A DNA stretch of 64,000 bases from Tetramitus jugosus. Taxonomy: Eukaryota > Protista > Heterolobosea. The DNA lies in NCBI GenBank assembly GCA_937625935.1, contig OW569389.1:1-64000 (forward strand), given 5' to 3'. How positions within the stretch are numbered: the stretch's first letter is position 1; each line of letters begins with the position of its first letter. Below the pieces are notes generated by a model. The model searched no databases. It was not told the DNA's origin and saw nothing but the letters and a program-made list of their open reading frames with translations. The translations under genes and the position numbers were made by a program. This document shows positions 28,805 to 40,854 of the stretch, piece after piece.

Positions 28805-31800
28805 TTATTGTGATGGAGTCATCAATTGTTGGAAAGCAGATTGCTCCTCTGAATTCAGAGAAGAACCAATTTGTCTCATTGGATCTGGATATCTGTCTGC
28901 GAAAGCTTTGGCTGCAGAACCAAAGATGATGTTCTCATCCATAGTGTCCACACCAGAGCAGAATGCTTCCTCCTCATCCAATTCGTCATCATCGGCTTGC
29001 TCATCCCACTTTGTGTTAGACAATTGGGCAATCAAACTCTTGAAGGCCTTGCTGTGTTGCATTCCAGTAATGTCAATGCCACCAGCATCATCCTCATCAT
29101 CAGTAACTTGTCTTTGGAAATCTTCGTCCTCGTCATCATCTTCGTCATCTCCAGTGTATCCGTTCTGAATGCTGGACAATAGATCTTGTCTATCGCGCTC
29201 AGCTTCTTCGTCGGCCTGCTTCTCCTCGATTCTTTGCTGGCGCATTTCGATCAACATTCTGACACATGTTGTTATAATTTGACCAATATTCGATTGAATA
29301 GAAGAAGGTAGTGTCGTCATATCTCTTCCAATGAGAGTGGACAGTGCAAGAACAGTAACCTTCTTGTCATACAGTCTTTGGAACTTTGGAATTGAGGTCA
29401 ACCAGAGACCAAACACGCTCGTGGTGCATTGTGTCTTCTCCATGAATTGCAAAGTAAGGTCAGTGTTGTAAATAAGAGCATCACCAACGGCATCCAGCAA
29501 CAAAATCTTCAAAGCAGTGGTGGTTGCCTTTGATAAGCGACCAATAATTAATTCGAGTAGCTTTGGCATGACATTGTCGATTCTGCCTCTCAAGTATTGC
29601 AACAAAATACTGGCCATCTTGACAGCAGATTGTGATTCCTTTTCAACGGCTTCATCATCAGACAGGAAAATGTTAATCATGTACATGACAATTTCCATGT
29701 TTGTTGGATTGGCCAAAAAGTTGTCGGGATCCTTGCTCACATAGTTATCAATTGGAGCAACAAAGTCATACACGTAATCATAGGCATACTCCTTGAAAAT
29801 GTTGCCCATCATTGGGAACAATTGCCACAATTCTCTGCTAATGTGCGGACCTTGAGAATAGAAGGTTAAATTGGTCAAAATCTCCAATCCCTCAGAAATG
29901 TATTCCATTCCGTTGCTTGATTCCAAAATCTTAACAACAATTGGATAAACAGCTCTTTCAATCTGTGGGAACAAGTGAGTCTTATTGTGCAATGCACCCA
30001 TCAGTGTAATAATTGTTCTCAAGCAACCTGCCATGACAAACTCTGCTTCTTCTTCTTCATCGTCATCAAACAGACGCAAGAATGTCTCGGTCATCTTGCT
30101 GATAATAGCCATCGCGTAAGGTTCCATCTCATCATGGAATGCATCAATCAACAGCTCAATACTCTCCACAACCTTCTCGTGTTCCATATCGTTCATATTC
30201 TGCAAGAAAACTTGCAACAATTGTGGAAGAATGGGTTTCACTTCCTTCATTGCGTCAGGATTGTTCAAAAAGTCAGTCAATGCCAATCCAGCTTGAACCT
30301 TGACTGGCAATTCATTGTCGTTCAAGCAGTTCAACACCTTGCGCAATGCGGCAACCATATTCTCAGAATTGGACCATTTGATCATACTGAATTGACCCAA
30401 GAGCCAACATGCCTTTGCTCTCAAGAAACCATTTGGATTCTCAAACTCTGGGAACACGTGAGCCATGAGCATCATTTCCAAGCTGTCCTTGGTTTGCTTG
30501 GCCTTTCTCAATTGACTCCTCAGTGATCCAATACTGAACAAGATACCATCCTTCAATGGATAATTCTTGTGTTGTGCATCCATTTGATTGTATTGTGTTA
30601 GCTCTTGATTGATGAAGGCGAGATATGCTGGTAGAGCTTCATTCTTTCTCACCTTGACCAAATCAATAATGACACTGGCAGCTGCTGCCTTTGGACTGAA
30701 CATGTCTTCATCAACCGCAAAAGCAACTCGCTGATACTCTTGAGGATCAGACTCCCACAGTTCCTTGTCCTCTGCATTGAAGCACAAGAATGGGAACACA
30801 ATATGTGCAATCACATAGGGGAGCTTTGATTTCAGAGTAGCATCATAGAGCTTTTGATTCTGAATCACACCGTGAACAAATGTGAGTGCTAGAGCTAAAA
30901 TACGTTTTGGAATCTGTGATTTTTCACCCTTGTTGTACGCGTCGAGCATACCGACAAAAATGCTCAACCATGGCATTGCAAACTTGTCCAGGAAAAAGTT
31001 GGAAAACTTGGATGTTGCTTCAGCGTTTGCATCATTCACTTCCAACACTGTAGGATGCAAATACATGCTCAACAACCGATAGGCAACATGAGAGAGCCAC
31101 TTGATTGTTTTCCAGTGAGCAGATTGATCATCTGCCTGTTGAGGAATCGATATTTGAACAGATGACATAAACAATTGCATCCATCGCTCGAAATGAGCAG
31201 GATTTTGGAAAAAGAATTGTGGAGTGCCCATGTTCATCGCATTCCAGAAAATTTTGGCGAGAATGAGTCGCATTTGCGCAAAAAATTCGCCTCGTTCACC
31301 TTGATTGACACTCGTGTCTTGTTGTTGTTGCAACAGATATTGTTGCAAGTCAATGAGCACCTCAAAAGTTCTGCTCACCAAATTGTTCAGAATGGTCTTG
31401 TGTTCTTCTTCTATGGAGTACTTGTATGCCTTGAATAGCTCTGATAGACACAACAGAGCAGCATGGGTGCTGTTAATGTCATTTGACTTTAAAAGAGTCA
31501 AAATTTCATCAACTAGGGTGGGCCATGAGCTTGGATACTCTGCAACAATCATAGAGTGCAACGCACAACATAATTGTACCCTAAATCATATAGAAGAGTT
31601 TTGGAGAAAAAACAAGCACGTTAGCTTTCCATTTCTCTCATAAATTGCGCAATCCATCTCAAAATTGTAGTCTGACAGTTGGCGCCAGAAAGAGCTTTTT
31701 GGCGCCAAAATCAGACGCGTACTTTACAACCACACTAAAAAAAAACAAAGCTTCGAGGTGTCATCAACATACTTTAGTTGTTGTGGTGCATGCACAACTG

Positions 31801-32062
31801 CCTGCAGAATATTTTGCTTCAAAAATGGCTTGTCCTGTGCAATATGTGCATGCTTTTGCCAATACTTGTGAACATAGTTTTTCAAGTAAATGGAAGCAGC
31901 TTGTCGCACATGAATTTGAACTTGATTCATCATGATAATTTGAAGCAGGACTTGCATGAATCCGGCTTGAGAAGAAGCTTGCTTAAGCTCCAACTCTGAT
32001 TGCTTTTGAATTTGAGTGTTTGGGTTGAAGGTGTTGGCAAGTAAGTTGACGATTTGTTCCAT
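28805..32062 (-). CDS. IPO7: Importin-7/8 (Nmd5/Sxm1) family; exons 32062-31773 and 31580-28805
   Basis: IBN_N (VRQAASIYLKN..W), ELWESDPQEY, KDGIL..IGSL, HVFPEF..GFLRAKACW, ELPVKVQA and acidic loops. The GTATGT..GCTAAC..TAG intron at 31772-31581 restores the frame (QQLK|VQLCC). Confidence 0.93.
31665..31729. other. Long inverted repeat/hairpin inside the importin intron
   Basis: GTCTGA/TCAGAC, TTGGCGCCA/TGGCGCCAA, AAAG/CTTT and outer TTGTA/TACAA arms. Confidence 0.75.
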
Positions 32063-32326
32063 TTTTGAGTGGGGGGGAAGAGGATGGATGTTTCAACACA
32101 ATCACACACAATAAAGATGTTGTTTTCTCTGTTTTCTTGAAATTGATGTTGTTTTTCTTGTTTCGCCGACAACACTGTGAAAAAAGCCCGTCAACCTTCA
32201 CTCGCGCTTGAACATTCATGAGCGGAGTAATTTCAGCAAGTTAAGGGTTCTGTTTGACTGAGGAGCTTCAATGGGACATAGCATCGCCGTGAATTAAGTG
32301 AAAACTCAATTATTTAAAGTACCACC

Positions 32327-35300
32327 TCAAATAACATTCTGAAACTGCCCAAACTGTTGTAAATCCTTGAGAAGGGTTTCAATCTCTGCAAAAGAAGGAC
32401 GATTCTCTGGGTTGTCGTCCCAACATCTCGCGCACAACCTAAAATAGTTCTTCACAAGTAAACATATCGTATCTCTTAGCGGTTCGTAGTGAGTGTTGGG
32501 TAGTTCGTTCAAGTTACATTGGTGTGTCTTTGAGAAGTGATTCATGATTTGTTGCTGCTGCTCAAGCTCCTCGGACTCGAAGTCAAATGGCACGAAAGGT
32601 CTTTCACCACGAATAATCTTAGATCCTAGTGCGAATAGACTCATGGAAATGGACGATTCACCGCTCGAGGGCATGTCACTAAATGGTTTCTTCACCATGA
32701 GCAATTCATGCATAATAATACCAAAAGAATACACGTCTACCTTCTCATCATACTTTGACAACTGAAGTAACAGTTCGGGAGCCATGTATTCAAGCGTTCC
32801 AAAAGTTTTTGATGTCATTGTATTCGTGCTGGCAGCTTTGCTGACACCAAAGTCACAAATTCGAACTTCGTTCAACTCATGCAACAAAATATTCTGAGGT
32901 TTCAAATCTCTGTGAATAATCTTCTTAGGTTCCTTCTTGTGCAGGTAGGTGATGGCTTGAGCAATCTGAGAGAGAATGGCGATTTTTTGAGAGAATCTAA
33001 GTGTAATCTTCTTCTTGTACAGCACGTCATCCAAGCTACCAAACTGAGCAAATTGTGTAATGATGTAGTTGTGTCCATGATCATCGATAGATGCGCCATA
33101 CAGTGTCAGCAAATATGGGTGTCTTAATTGATAAAGGATGCTCACTTCCTTGATGAAGGCCTCTTCGTCATCAACTTTGAATCGCTTGATTGCAACAGCG
33201 GCTCCTTTCCAAGAACCGAGATAGACGACACCGCTCGCACCTTCATTAATTCGTTTCGTAAATTTAATCTCTTCTATCGGAACCATGACAGATGCCATGT
33301 CCCACTCTGATGACCGATTCGAACTCGAAGTAGTCATATCAAGCTCCATCTGATTGAGTAATCTCTCTTCTAACTCGTCTGCTAACCGTTTTCTCTTTCG
33401 TATGCGGTGACACTGATACATACAGAAGGCATACGGTATGGCGAAAATGATAATCACACCGAACGCACCGACCACAATGATCAATGGAATGTACCAAGTG
33501 CTCTTAGACTGGTTCTTCTTTGGAATTGAAACCGTGAGAGAAATGACCCTGGATCGATCTCCAACCAAGAATATTCGCCCATCCCTCAGTTGATGGACAG
33601 TACGAATATGTATTGGCAAGTTTTCAATCTTTCCAAATAATTCCATGTTTGTGTTGTAGAACCAAACAGTTGTAATCGGTACAACCTTTTCATCGTTGAA
33701 AACCATAATCAGTTGATGGTCCAGAACTCTATAATCCAGAACGGCACGTGACTCAGCCGAAAGAGTGTGCTTGGTCGTGTCAGATATCTTAAAATTGCCC
33801 AAATCACGGTAGGCATAGTTACCAATCTGAGTAATTTTCGTTTGAAATCCAGTTTCATCATACTGAAATAGCAGAAATCGAGAAAACACCGCAGAATAGT
33901 GCCAAAAGTTCACTTCAAGAACATTCGGAGGTTCAAACACGGTCTTGTTAACAAAATTGCCACTGGTGGTGATGTCCTGAAGGTTAATGTTGCAAATCGT
34001 CCACCCTAAACTCAAAAGAGTTCTATTGTCCACTGGGTGAAGAAAATTGAATGAACTTAGGCAATTACTCGACTTGAAATGGGTAACAGTGTTCCGTGCA
34101 GGGTCAAACTCCACTAAAGAGTGATCAGACTGATAGTAGACGAGGCCATTGTGAAACAGTCCATTCTTGGTGCGAATCAGAGATCCAGTTGTATAATTCA
34201 ACACTGTCTTGTTTGTAAGTGAGAATGTTAAAAATTTGGTTGCGTCATTCTTTTCACTGTCGTATGTCAGATAAATGTAGGGATAATCCTCTCTTTCATC
34301 AGCCACAATTGTTGCAAAGGTAGACTGGGAGCCGCCACGGGCTACTCGATAAATTTGAGTGTATGATTGACCATTCAATCCGACGAAAAACAAACAGTTG
34401 GTCAACATAACAGCAAGGGTATCGTTCTTGATCACAGAACCGTGCACAACATTCATAGTTGAAGCCTCCTGACTAAAATCATAAGTGCTGCTCCTCGTTT
34501 TCGCATCTTTGAACAGTCTAATAAGCGAGCCTTGCAGTGCAACAAAATAGTCGTGATCGTCCACCGTGAGCAACATAACTGGCGAAAACAGGTCAATATA
34601 TTTCTTATTGGGAAGATTAAAGGAATCACGGTCGTACACGCTTGCATGTGTTTCATTGTACGTCACTCGGTAGTAGACAAAACCAAAGTTAACCATTCGA
34701 TATATGACCAATTCGTCAATTACAAACGCATAACTGACAAAAGAACTGTCTAACCGAGCCGAATTCTCAATTGTGATCATGTTCAATTCCAATGGAGTTG
34801 TTTCAGAGTAGTATACTTGCACAATCTGTATCTCTTTGCTTACACTATTCTGGACCAAAAAGGACAATGTTGTGTTGGCGCCTCTCTCCCTCGTAATAAA
34901 CTCATGACTCTTCTCCGATGTCAGCAAATACACATTCGGTACACTCACTGACTCGACAACAGTCATTGTTTCCTTACTGACGACATCAATCGTGAGAGAA
35001 CCGTCCTTTGTTAATTCATAAATGATTGCCATGTGCGTGCTGGACAACTTGCTCAATAAGACATTCTTATTCCGAACAAATCTCATATCGAGTGTCTTGA
35101 TTCCATCATCCGACCAATCAAGAGGAATTCTGTACACTCTGGCCTTGCTCACCACCTCACCTGTTAGCTCTACAATGGCCAAAAAGGCATATCGCGTATC
35201 CAGAAACACATTTTTCGGATTCAGTGTCGCATGACTATCACCATACAGAGGAATGTGCTTTATACTCGCAGGATACTCTGCCAACATGTATGAATAAATG

Positions 35301-35818
35301 GACAAGTACTGCGAATAAAGAACAAAACAAGTAATGACATCCTTTTTCTGATAATGAGTCACACAGTGTCGATTCGTCGAAGGAATCGACTCTACCGTCA
35401 CAATCGACGTAAACAACAAATCACTGTCATCCATGTCTTCTTTCAACGGTATCTGAGCCAACACATTATCAATTTGTTTTTCCAAATCAAATTCAATAAA
35501 ACTCGTGTTACCACCCGAGTAAGAGCTACCGTCTGGCGCCAAAGAACTATACGTGTCGTACACGACAAAGAACCGATACGGATTCACAACATCACGCACC
35601 AATTGCCTTAATGTTCCTCTGCCTGGCATCACGGGAAACACATCCCAATCGTGGTCAATCTTGTGAAGACGTTTGGCAAGCGTCATTGACTTGTCCGTCA
35701 TCATCATCATCAACAACAATAGAGATGATGATATCCATAGTAACAACCACAACAATGATGACGATGAAAATGCCATGGAAGAGAGTATAGAGTGTCTTCT
35801 CATGGTCGCTATCGTCAT
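32327..35818 (-). CDS. Single-pass receptor kinase (TKL group) with a large beta-rich ectodomain
   Basis: Signal peptide, TM WYIPLIIVVGAFGVIIIFAIP, then EGASG, VAIK, HRDLKPQN, DFG, GTLEYMAPE and CW..RPSF. First ATG at 35818. Confidence 0.93.
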   Translation of the reverse strand: MTIATMRRHSILSSMAFSSSSLLWLLLWISSSLLLLMMMMTDKSMTLAKRLHKIDHDWDVFPVMPGRGTLRQLVRDVVNPYRFFVVYDTYSSLAPDGSSYSGGNTSFIEFDLEKQIDNVLAQIPLKEDMDDSDLLFTSIVTVESIPSTNRHCVTHYQKKDVITCFVLYSQYLSIYSYMLAEYPASIKHIPLYGDSHATLNPKNVFLDTRYAFLAIVELTGEVVSKARVYRIPLDWSDDGIKTLDMRFVRNKNVLLSKLSSTHMAIIYELTKDGSLTIDVVSKETMTVVESVSVPNVYLLTSEKSHEFITRERGANTTLSFLVQNSVSKEIQIVQVYYSETTPLELNMITIENSARLDSSFVSYAFVIDELVIYRMVNFGFVYYRVTYNETHASVYDRDSFNLPNKKYIDLFSPVMLLTVDDHDYFVALQGSLIRLFKDAKTRSSTYDFSQEASTMNVVHGSVIKNDTLAVMLTNCLFFVGLNGQSYTQIYRVARGGSQSTFATIVADEREDYPYIYLTYDSEKNDATKFLTFSLTNKTVLNYTTGSLIRTKNGLFHNGLVYYQSDHSLVEFDPARNTVTHFKSSNCLSSFNFLHPVDNRTLLSLGWTICNINLQDITTSGNFVNKTVFEPPNVLEVNFWHYSAVFSRFLLFQYDETGFQTKITQIGNYAYRDLGNFKISDTTKHTLSAESRAVLDYRVLDHQLIMVFNDEKVVPITTVWFYNTNMELFGKIENLPIHIRTVHQLRDGRIFLVGDRSRVISLTVSIPKKNQSKSTWYIPLIIVVGAFGVIIIFAIPYAFCMYQCHRIRKRKRLADELEERLLNQMELDMTTSSSNRSSEWDMASVMVPIEEIKFTKRINEGASGVVYLGSWKGAAVAIKRFKVDDEEAFIKEVSILYQLRHPYLLTLYGASIDDHGHNYIITQFAQFGSLDDVLYKKKITLRFSQKIAILSQIAQAITYLHKKEPKKIIHRDLKPQNILLHELNEVRICDFGVSKAASTNTMTSKTFGTLEYMAPELLLQLSKYDEKVDVYSFGIIMHELLMVKKPFSDMPSSGESSISMSLFALGSKIIRGERPFVPFDFESEELEQQQQIMNHFSKTHQCNLNELPNTHYEPLRDTICLLVKNYFRLCARCWDDNPENRPSFAEIETLLKDLQQFGQFQNVI

Positions 35819-35973
35819 TTGTTTGTGATAATCCTGACAATTGTGTGTGTCAAGTCGTTCAGAACAATTGTGAACTTGGTTTTTTTGGGTTGTTGCTTGT
35901 TGTTGAGTTTTGGGAGCTCCTTGCGGGTGGCGTGCGAGCGACAGGAGATGGTTGCACAAAAGAAGGAGTCCTC

Positions 35974-38900
35974 TCAATATCGTTTACTGACCAGCGAGAC
36001 AAGGTAGAGCCATACGCTGCAGACATTGTTGACATAGGGATGGATGTGGACGGCAAAGGCGAATTGAACACCTCTCTCGTCATTCTCGTGCAGCATCGTG
36101 TTGTACACTTCTCTCAAGATGGTTCGAATGTCTGTAAAGGTGAAATGAAGTGGGAATCCGACAAGAACAAAAGAATCCGTAATCTTCTTCAATATTCGAT
36201 CGTGTTCTGCTTGACTGACGGGCGTATTGGTTTGTTTGGCACCTTCGAAGACTTCGAGCAGTTCCTTCAAGTGGCGCGATACTTCATAATTCCAGTCAAC
36301 TCCTTGTCTCTCTCTCCATTTCAGGAAACTTGTTTTGATTGCTCGAGAGACATTCTCCCGGAGCCTTTCTTGATACAGCATTGTTGTTTCTGTGTACTTC
36401 AAATTGGTTGTCTGCAGGGATGGCAGCCGACCATTCTCTCGAATTAATTGACTGATAGGATTGTTGAGTCCGCGAATAAGAGAAATCCAAGAGGAGTTGT
36501 TGTCCAAATTGAAGTTAAATTGCTTGTGAGATGGTCTTGCTTCTGCTTGAATACAAGCCCAAACATTGTGTTCATTGAACACGACGCCCACTTCATGCAG
36601 TGGACATAGTGGGTCTGTTGAGTCATATCGTTGCCCGGTGTAACAATTCCATAACAAGTATCTTTTCAGGGTAGAATGTCTTTGGGGATTGTTCGATTGT
36701 TTCGATATCTCCTCAGTTAGTACATACGCAGTTTCTCCTTCAGGTACACCTTTGCCTAGGACAACATAGATGTTTGATTCATCTTTGCGCAAGTATTTTA
36801 GATAGTTGCACAATAAGATTGCATGTTCCTCTCGATCTCCTGCTTTTATATCGAGGAATTCTTGAGAGTCCATCCATGCATCCTCCTGATCCAATAAGTG
36901 GTAGTCATCAATGGACGGTATTAAAGTTACGAATCGGAAGGCTTTCTCTTCAGTATCGATATCATCTGGTGGTCGTTGTTCTTTGATGTATCTACAGATC
37001 AGAGCGGCTTTACCGCTTGTATTCGGTGCTAAAGCTCCAATTGTTCGGTTCTGACAGTTCTTTCTTCTCTTCGCCATTCTTGCCCACCAGGTACAATAAT
37101 GGTATATTTCTGAAGGTTCGTCAGAGGAGAGTAAACTTTCTTCTTTTTCTGGTGTTGGCAAAGGAGGATCAATGGTTATACAAATAGTTATGGCTGTGGG
37201 TTGTGATATCTGTTGTTTCGCATAACCGAGATAAATCAGTGGTGTATTAACACAAAATGTTCCAAGTAAAGATCCACCATTTAAGTAGAGAGTCTGGAAA
37301 GGTATGGATACTGACCCTAACCACCTAAATTCACTTCTTTGACTCAAAACATTAACAATTCTATCATCTTTCAAGTTATCTATCGTCAATTCATCAAATA
37401 TGTCAATATAAATATTGTCATCCGTATACTTGAGTGACTCTGAAGAGAAATCGTGATTCAATGGAATAAACGGAAGCTCTAACGATTGGTTGAATTGGGG
37501 ATTGGGTCCTTCGACAATCTTCGATCTTTTAGTATATTTTTGGAAGGATACTGCAATGTACGGTAGGACTCTATCGTTCTGGGCGCTATCTGGGACATCT
37601 ACTATTTCATGAGAGTAATAATTCTGATGATGATTTGTTGAACTCTCTTCTCCAAGAGTTTCTTGAGTGTTCGTGTCATCATCTTTTTCTTCTTTTTCCA
37701 CATCTGGTTCTTCATATCCTCCAAACATACTCTCGTTTCCTCGGCCAGTTTTAGTCGCTAGTGTGTTCTGTTCTTCTTGTCTCATTCTCTTGGTCCTATA
37801 GTTTCTGTATGCTTCTTTCTCTTCATCATTTCGTCTCACAGGAATGTTGTATGCTCGAATAATTTGAACAATGATCTTGCATTCATTCACCAAATGTTGG
37901 GACCTTGTTGTTCGATCGATTCGATTCGGTTTGAGAGGTCGTTTCTCTTCAAAGAATTTTGATAGCCAATCCAATGAGTTATCAAACTCGGGCAACTCGA
38001 CTTCATTCACATATCTTGAAACATGCACGTTCCGTTTAATCAATTTCTTGGCGTTGTTGCTGATGTAAATGCTGTCTCGAACCTTTTGCTTGTGAGTAGA
38101 GAGAGTTCGGTAATTCTTTTTCATTCTACGAATCTGACTTTCATACTGTCTAACTACTTTCTGAGATATATCCATTTCATCTATTGGCACTCGTAATGGT
38201 AGTTTATCTCCATACCTATGTCTCAGTTGAAGTAGGTGAATTCTACGATGATAGGCTTCGTTATCGTCCTTAAAAAATAATGAATCATCTTGTTCATTCA
38301 GATAAAATCCTTTGCTCTCTATACTCTTATTCTTGATCATCTCAATCATTGATAATAGTCCTGTATTTCTCGGGTCATTGGGATCTACATTGTTTTGATC
38401 CATCCACTTAGTAATTCTTTCTATGTTCAACAAATCTCGTGTCGTAGGCAAGTGTTCATTATCAAGACCATTCTCAACTCCTCGGGGAGGAGCCTCGGCA
38501 GTTCCATCCTTGTCCATGGCTGACCACCTTAACCGAGTTTTTAAACTCCCACTCGCGGTCATTTCTCCAATTCTTGCGGATCCTTGAAAGAGCTCAACCC
38601 AGCGGCTGGAAGAACTATCTGTAAAATTAATTCTCTGTGCAGCCTTTTCTATATTAACTTCTAAACCAGGAATCGCCGCATATATTGATGCTATCTCTTT
38701 GTTTACTATTCCCTTTTTGATGATTTTTAACATGACGGACTCTGGCCAATGGAGCACAAGAGCTGTCATCATCTCTCCAAAGCAAACAGAAAAATTTGGT
38801 CCCATCACTCTTGATTTCGTTTTCGAGAGGTATTCACCATTCACGTACACTTCGATTAAAAATATTTGATTAGACACAAGTCGATATCTCTCCCTCTCGT

Positions 38901-40854
38901 TGACAGCAGTTTCGTGAGCGATCTCCGTGCTATCCAGTTTTGGATCAATAATTGGCTCCCCTGGATACCTCCGCGATGTTAAAATTCGTTCTCTTATTTG
39001 ATGGGCAGTCTGTTGATGATCCAAAATTGTCTTCTCTGGTCTTGAAACGAGTATTACCTCTCGAGTTGAAGACTGAATATGTGCATTGTATCTTCTCATT
39101 TCTTGAATGTACTCCCACTCTGTTTCCTCTTCAAGCTCGAGAAGTTCCTGAACTATTTGATGTTCAAGCTCCTCCTCTTCTTTTTCTCTGTTGTTTTCAT
39201 GTCGAATGAAAGACACTTTGACATTGGATGTCGAATATCCATTCAGTTTTCTCACCTCCTTTACTCTTTTCCACATCTTCGCGATGAGGTTTACCAGCGA
39301 TATTCGATGAGCTTCTTCGTTCTCAAACTCTCTCCGACATTTTCTTAATTCACCTCTTATTTTGTGCATCTCGTTCAATTGATCATCGTTGGTGAGAGTA
39401 GAATAAAAGGATGACGCTCGATCGATGTAGTTTCTGTCTCGATACTTTCTCATTTGCACAAGTTCTTCTTCCAAAGCTCTTATTTTTGAAGCATGTGAAT
39501 TCAACGTCGCTGCAAGTTTTAATTTTTCGTATGTCTTGCACATCTGCTTCAACTTCATGCACAATATCTCTTCTTCTGACATCAGAGGATGATTTTCGAA
39601 GAACAATTTTTCAACTTCTATATCCAACTTGTATAGTTTCACATCTTTGGTGGTGTTCGATATTGTCAATGTGGGAATCGTTCGCTTCAACTCAATGGAC
39701 TCGCATTCTCCTATTTGATATTGATAATCCTCTTCCTTCATGAAGAAGTGCCTTGTAGGATCCGGTTCATGTATTAAATGACCGTCTTCGTTAAAGTAAG
39801 TATTTAGACCATCTTCTTCTCTCATTAGGCGATGTTCAACCATTCGGTCCAAGAAATTCAACATATATGGTTTCTTTTCCACAAATATTCCCTCTTCCCT
39901 TTTATCTACCTCTCGATACTTCTTTAACATTGACTCCTGCAGAGAATCAATTTGTTTGATAATTCTATCCACCTCTTCTGAACATTTCACTGCCATTTTT
40001 TCTCGTTGAGCAAAATCAGATCTGTCCTTCCTAATAGCTTTGTTCTGATTCTCTAAGTCTTCGTCATCTTTGGATGTTGTACGATTCACGGAATTCAAAA
40101 TGATTTGCTTCCTCTGTAATAGATTTCTCCTTCTTGTCATGTCCATTATAACGCCATTCATAACAGGTAGAGTTTCGTTCAAAAACCCAAGATACATTAA
40201 CTCTCCGGCTTCTGTAATCTCAGTATCACTATAGTGTATTTCGCGCTTTGTAAAAACTTCTTCTTGCGGTAATGACTCCACTTGACCTACCAGTCTATTA
40301 TGTTCTTCCTCTCCTTCTGCGTCACTTTGTTGATTGTTTTCTGCATCATCAATTTTGTTCAGAACGTCCATGACTTCACCATCTGTGCTCATCATCTCGT
40401 CCACAACGTTGTCAGTTGGATCCAGTGATTGAATGCGTTTCAATGAACTCATGCTGCTCTTACTACTATGACTACTAGTACCATCCTCTATGGACACAAC
40501 ATCATCCACCACCTCCATCTTTTCCATTGGAGTCGTTTCTTCACTCGTCAATGTTTGTTCACCAAGAAGTAACTTCTTCTTCCTCCTCCTCTTCACCTTA
40601 CCATCTGTACTCTTCTCCCTCCTCATCTTCTTTTCTTTCTTTTCTACGATAAACGAATCACTATCTACCACATTGGTGACTTCTTTATTGGAGCTCGAGA
40701 AAGAACGATTGGAATGTTCCGATGCACCATCACTAACCAATTCATTGTGAGGTTCTTCATCGTTTGTTCTAGTTACTTGATGAACAACAAATTCATCCTC
40801 ATTGAACTGATCATCCTCCACTGGTGTTTGTTCCAAATCTTCGAGCTGATCCAT
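35974..40854 (-). CDS. CC2D2A: CC2D2A/MKS6 ciliary transition-zone protein
   Basis: Coiled coils, LHWPES, VDPNDPRN, RPLKPNR, C2 domain (QIIRAYNIPVR, GPNPQFNQ, IFDE, RWLGS), GDREEHAILLCNY, PEGETAYVLT, CPL.EVG..NVW and C-terminal VWLYL. Confidence 0.92.
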   Translation of the reverse strand: MDQLEDLEQTPVEDDQFNEDEFVVHQVTRTNDEEPHNELVSDGASEHSNRSFSSSNKEVTNVVDSDSFIVEKKEKKMRREKSTDGKVKRRRKKKLLLGEQTLTSEETTPMEKMEVVDDVVSIEDGTSSHSSKSSMSSLKRIQSLDPTDNVVDEMMSTDGEVMDVLNKIDDAENNQQSDAEGEEEHNRLVGQVESLPQEEVFTKREIHYSDTEITEAGELMYLGFLNETLPVMNGVIMDMTRRRNLLQRKQIILNSVNRTTSKDDEDLENQNKAIRKDRSDFAQREKMAVKCSEEVDRIIKQIDSLQESMLKKYREVDKREEGIFVEKKPYMLNFLDRMVEHRLMREEDGLNTYFNEDGHLIHEPDPTRHFFMKEEDYQYQIGECESIELKRTIPTLTISNTTKDVKLYKLDIEVEKLFFENHPLMSEEEILCMKLKQMCKTYEKLKLAATLNSHASKIRALEEELVQMRKYRDRNYIDRASSFYSTLTNDDQLNEMHKIRGELRKCRREFENEEAHRISLVNLIAKMWKRVKEVRKLNGYSTSNVKVSFIRHENNREKEEEELEHQIVQELLELEEETEWEYIQEMRRYNAHIQSSTREVILVSRPEKTILDHQQTAHQIRERILTSRRYPGEPIIDPKLDSTEIAHETAVNERERYRLVSNQIFLIEVYVNGEYLSKTKSRVMGPNFSVCFGEMMTALVLHWPESVMLKIIKKGIVNKEIASIYAAIPGLEVNIEKAAQRINFTDSSSSRWVELFQGSARIGEMTASGSLKTRLRWSAMDKDGTAEAPPRGVENGLDNEHLPTTRDLLNIERITKWMDQNNVDPNDPRNTGLLSMIEMIKNKSIESKGFYLNEQDDSLFFKDDNEAYHRRIHLLQLRHRYGDKLPLRVPIDEMDISQKVVRQYESQIRRMKKNYRTLSTHKQKVRDSIYISNNAKKLIKRNVHVSRYVNEVELPEFDNSLDWLSKFFEEKRPLKPNRIDRTTRSQHLVNECKIIVQIIRAYNIPVRRNDEEKEAYRNYRTKRMRQEEQNTLATKTGRGNESMFGGYEEPDVEKEEKDDDTNTQETLGEESSTNHHQNYYSHEIVDVPDSAQNDRVLPYIAVSFQKYTKRSKIVEGPNPQFNQSLELPFIPLNHDFSSESLKYTDDNIYIDIFDELTIDNLKDDRIVNVLSQRSEFRWLGSVSIPFQTLYLNGGSLLGTFCVNTPLIYLGYAKQQISQPTAITICITIDPPLPTPEKEESLLSSDEPSEIYHYCTWWARMAKRRKNCQNRTIGALAPNTSGKAALICRYIKEQRPPDDIDTEEKAFRFVTLIPSIDDYHLLDQEDAWMDSQEFLDIKAGDREEHAILLCNYLKYLRKDESNIYVVLGKGVPEGETAYVLTEEISKQSNNPQRHSTLKRYLLWNCYTGQRYDSTDPLCPLHEVGVVFNEHNVWACIQAEARPSHKQFNFNLDNNSSWISLIRGLNNPISQLIRENGRLPSLQTTNLKYTETTMLYQERLRENVSRAIKTSFLKWRERQGVDWNYEVSRHLKELLEVFEGAKQTNTPVSQAEHDRILKKITDSFVLVGFPLHFTFTDIRTILREVYNTMLHENDERGVQFAFAVHIHPYVNNVCSVWLYLVSLVSKRY

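Noticed and set aside
31711-31766. C/D-box snoRNA in the importin intron (TGATGA...CTGA on the minus strand)
   Set aside because: The C box abuts the splice donor, there is no terminal stem, and the D box is sequestered in the hairpin.
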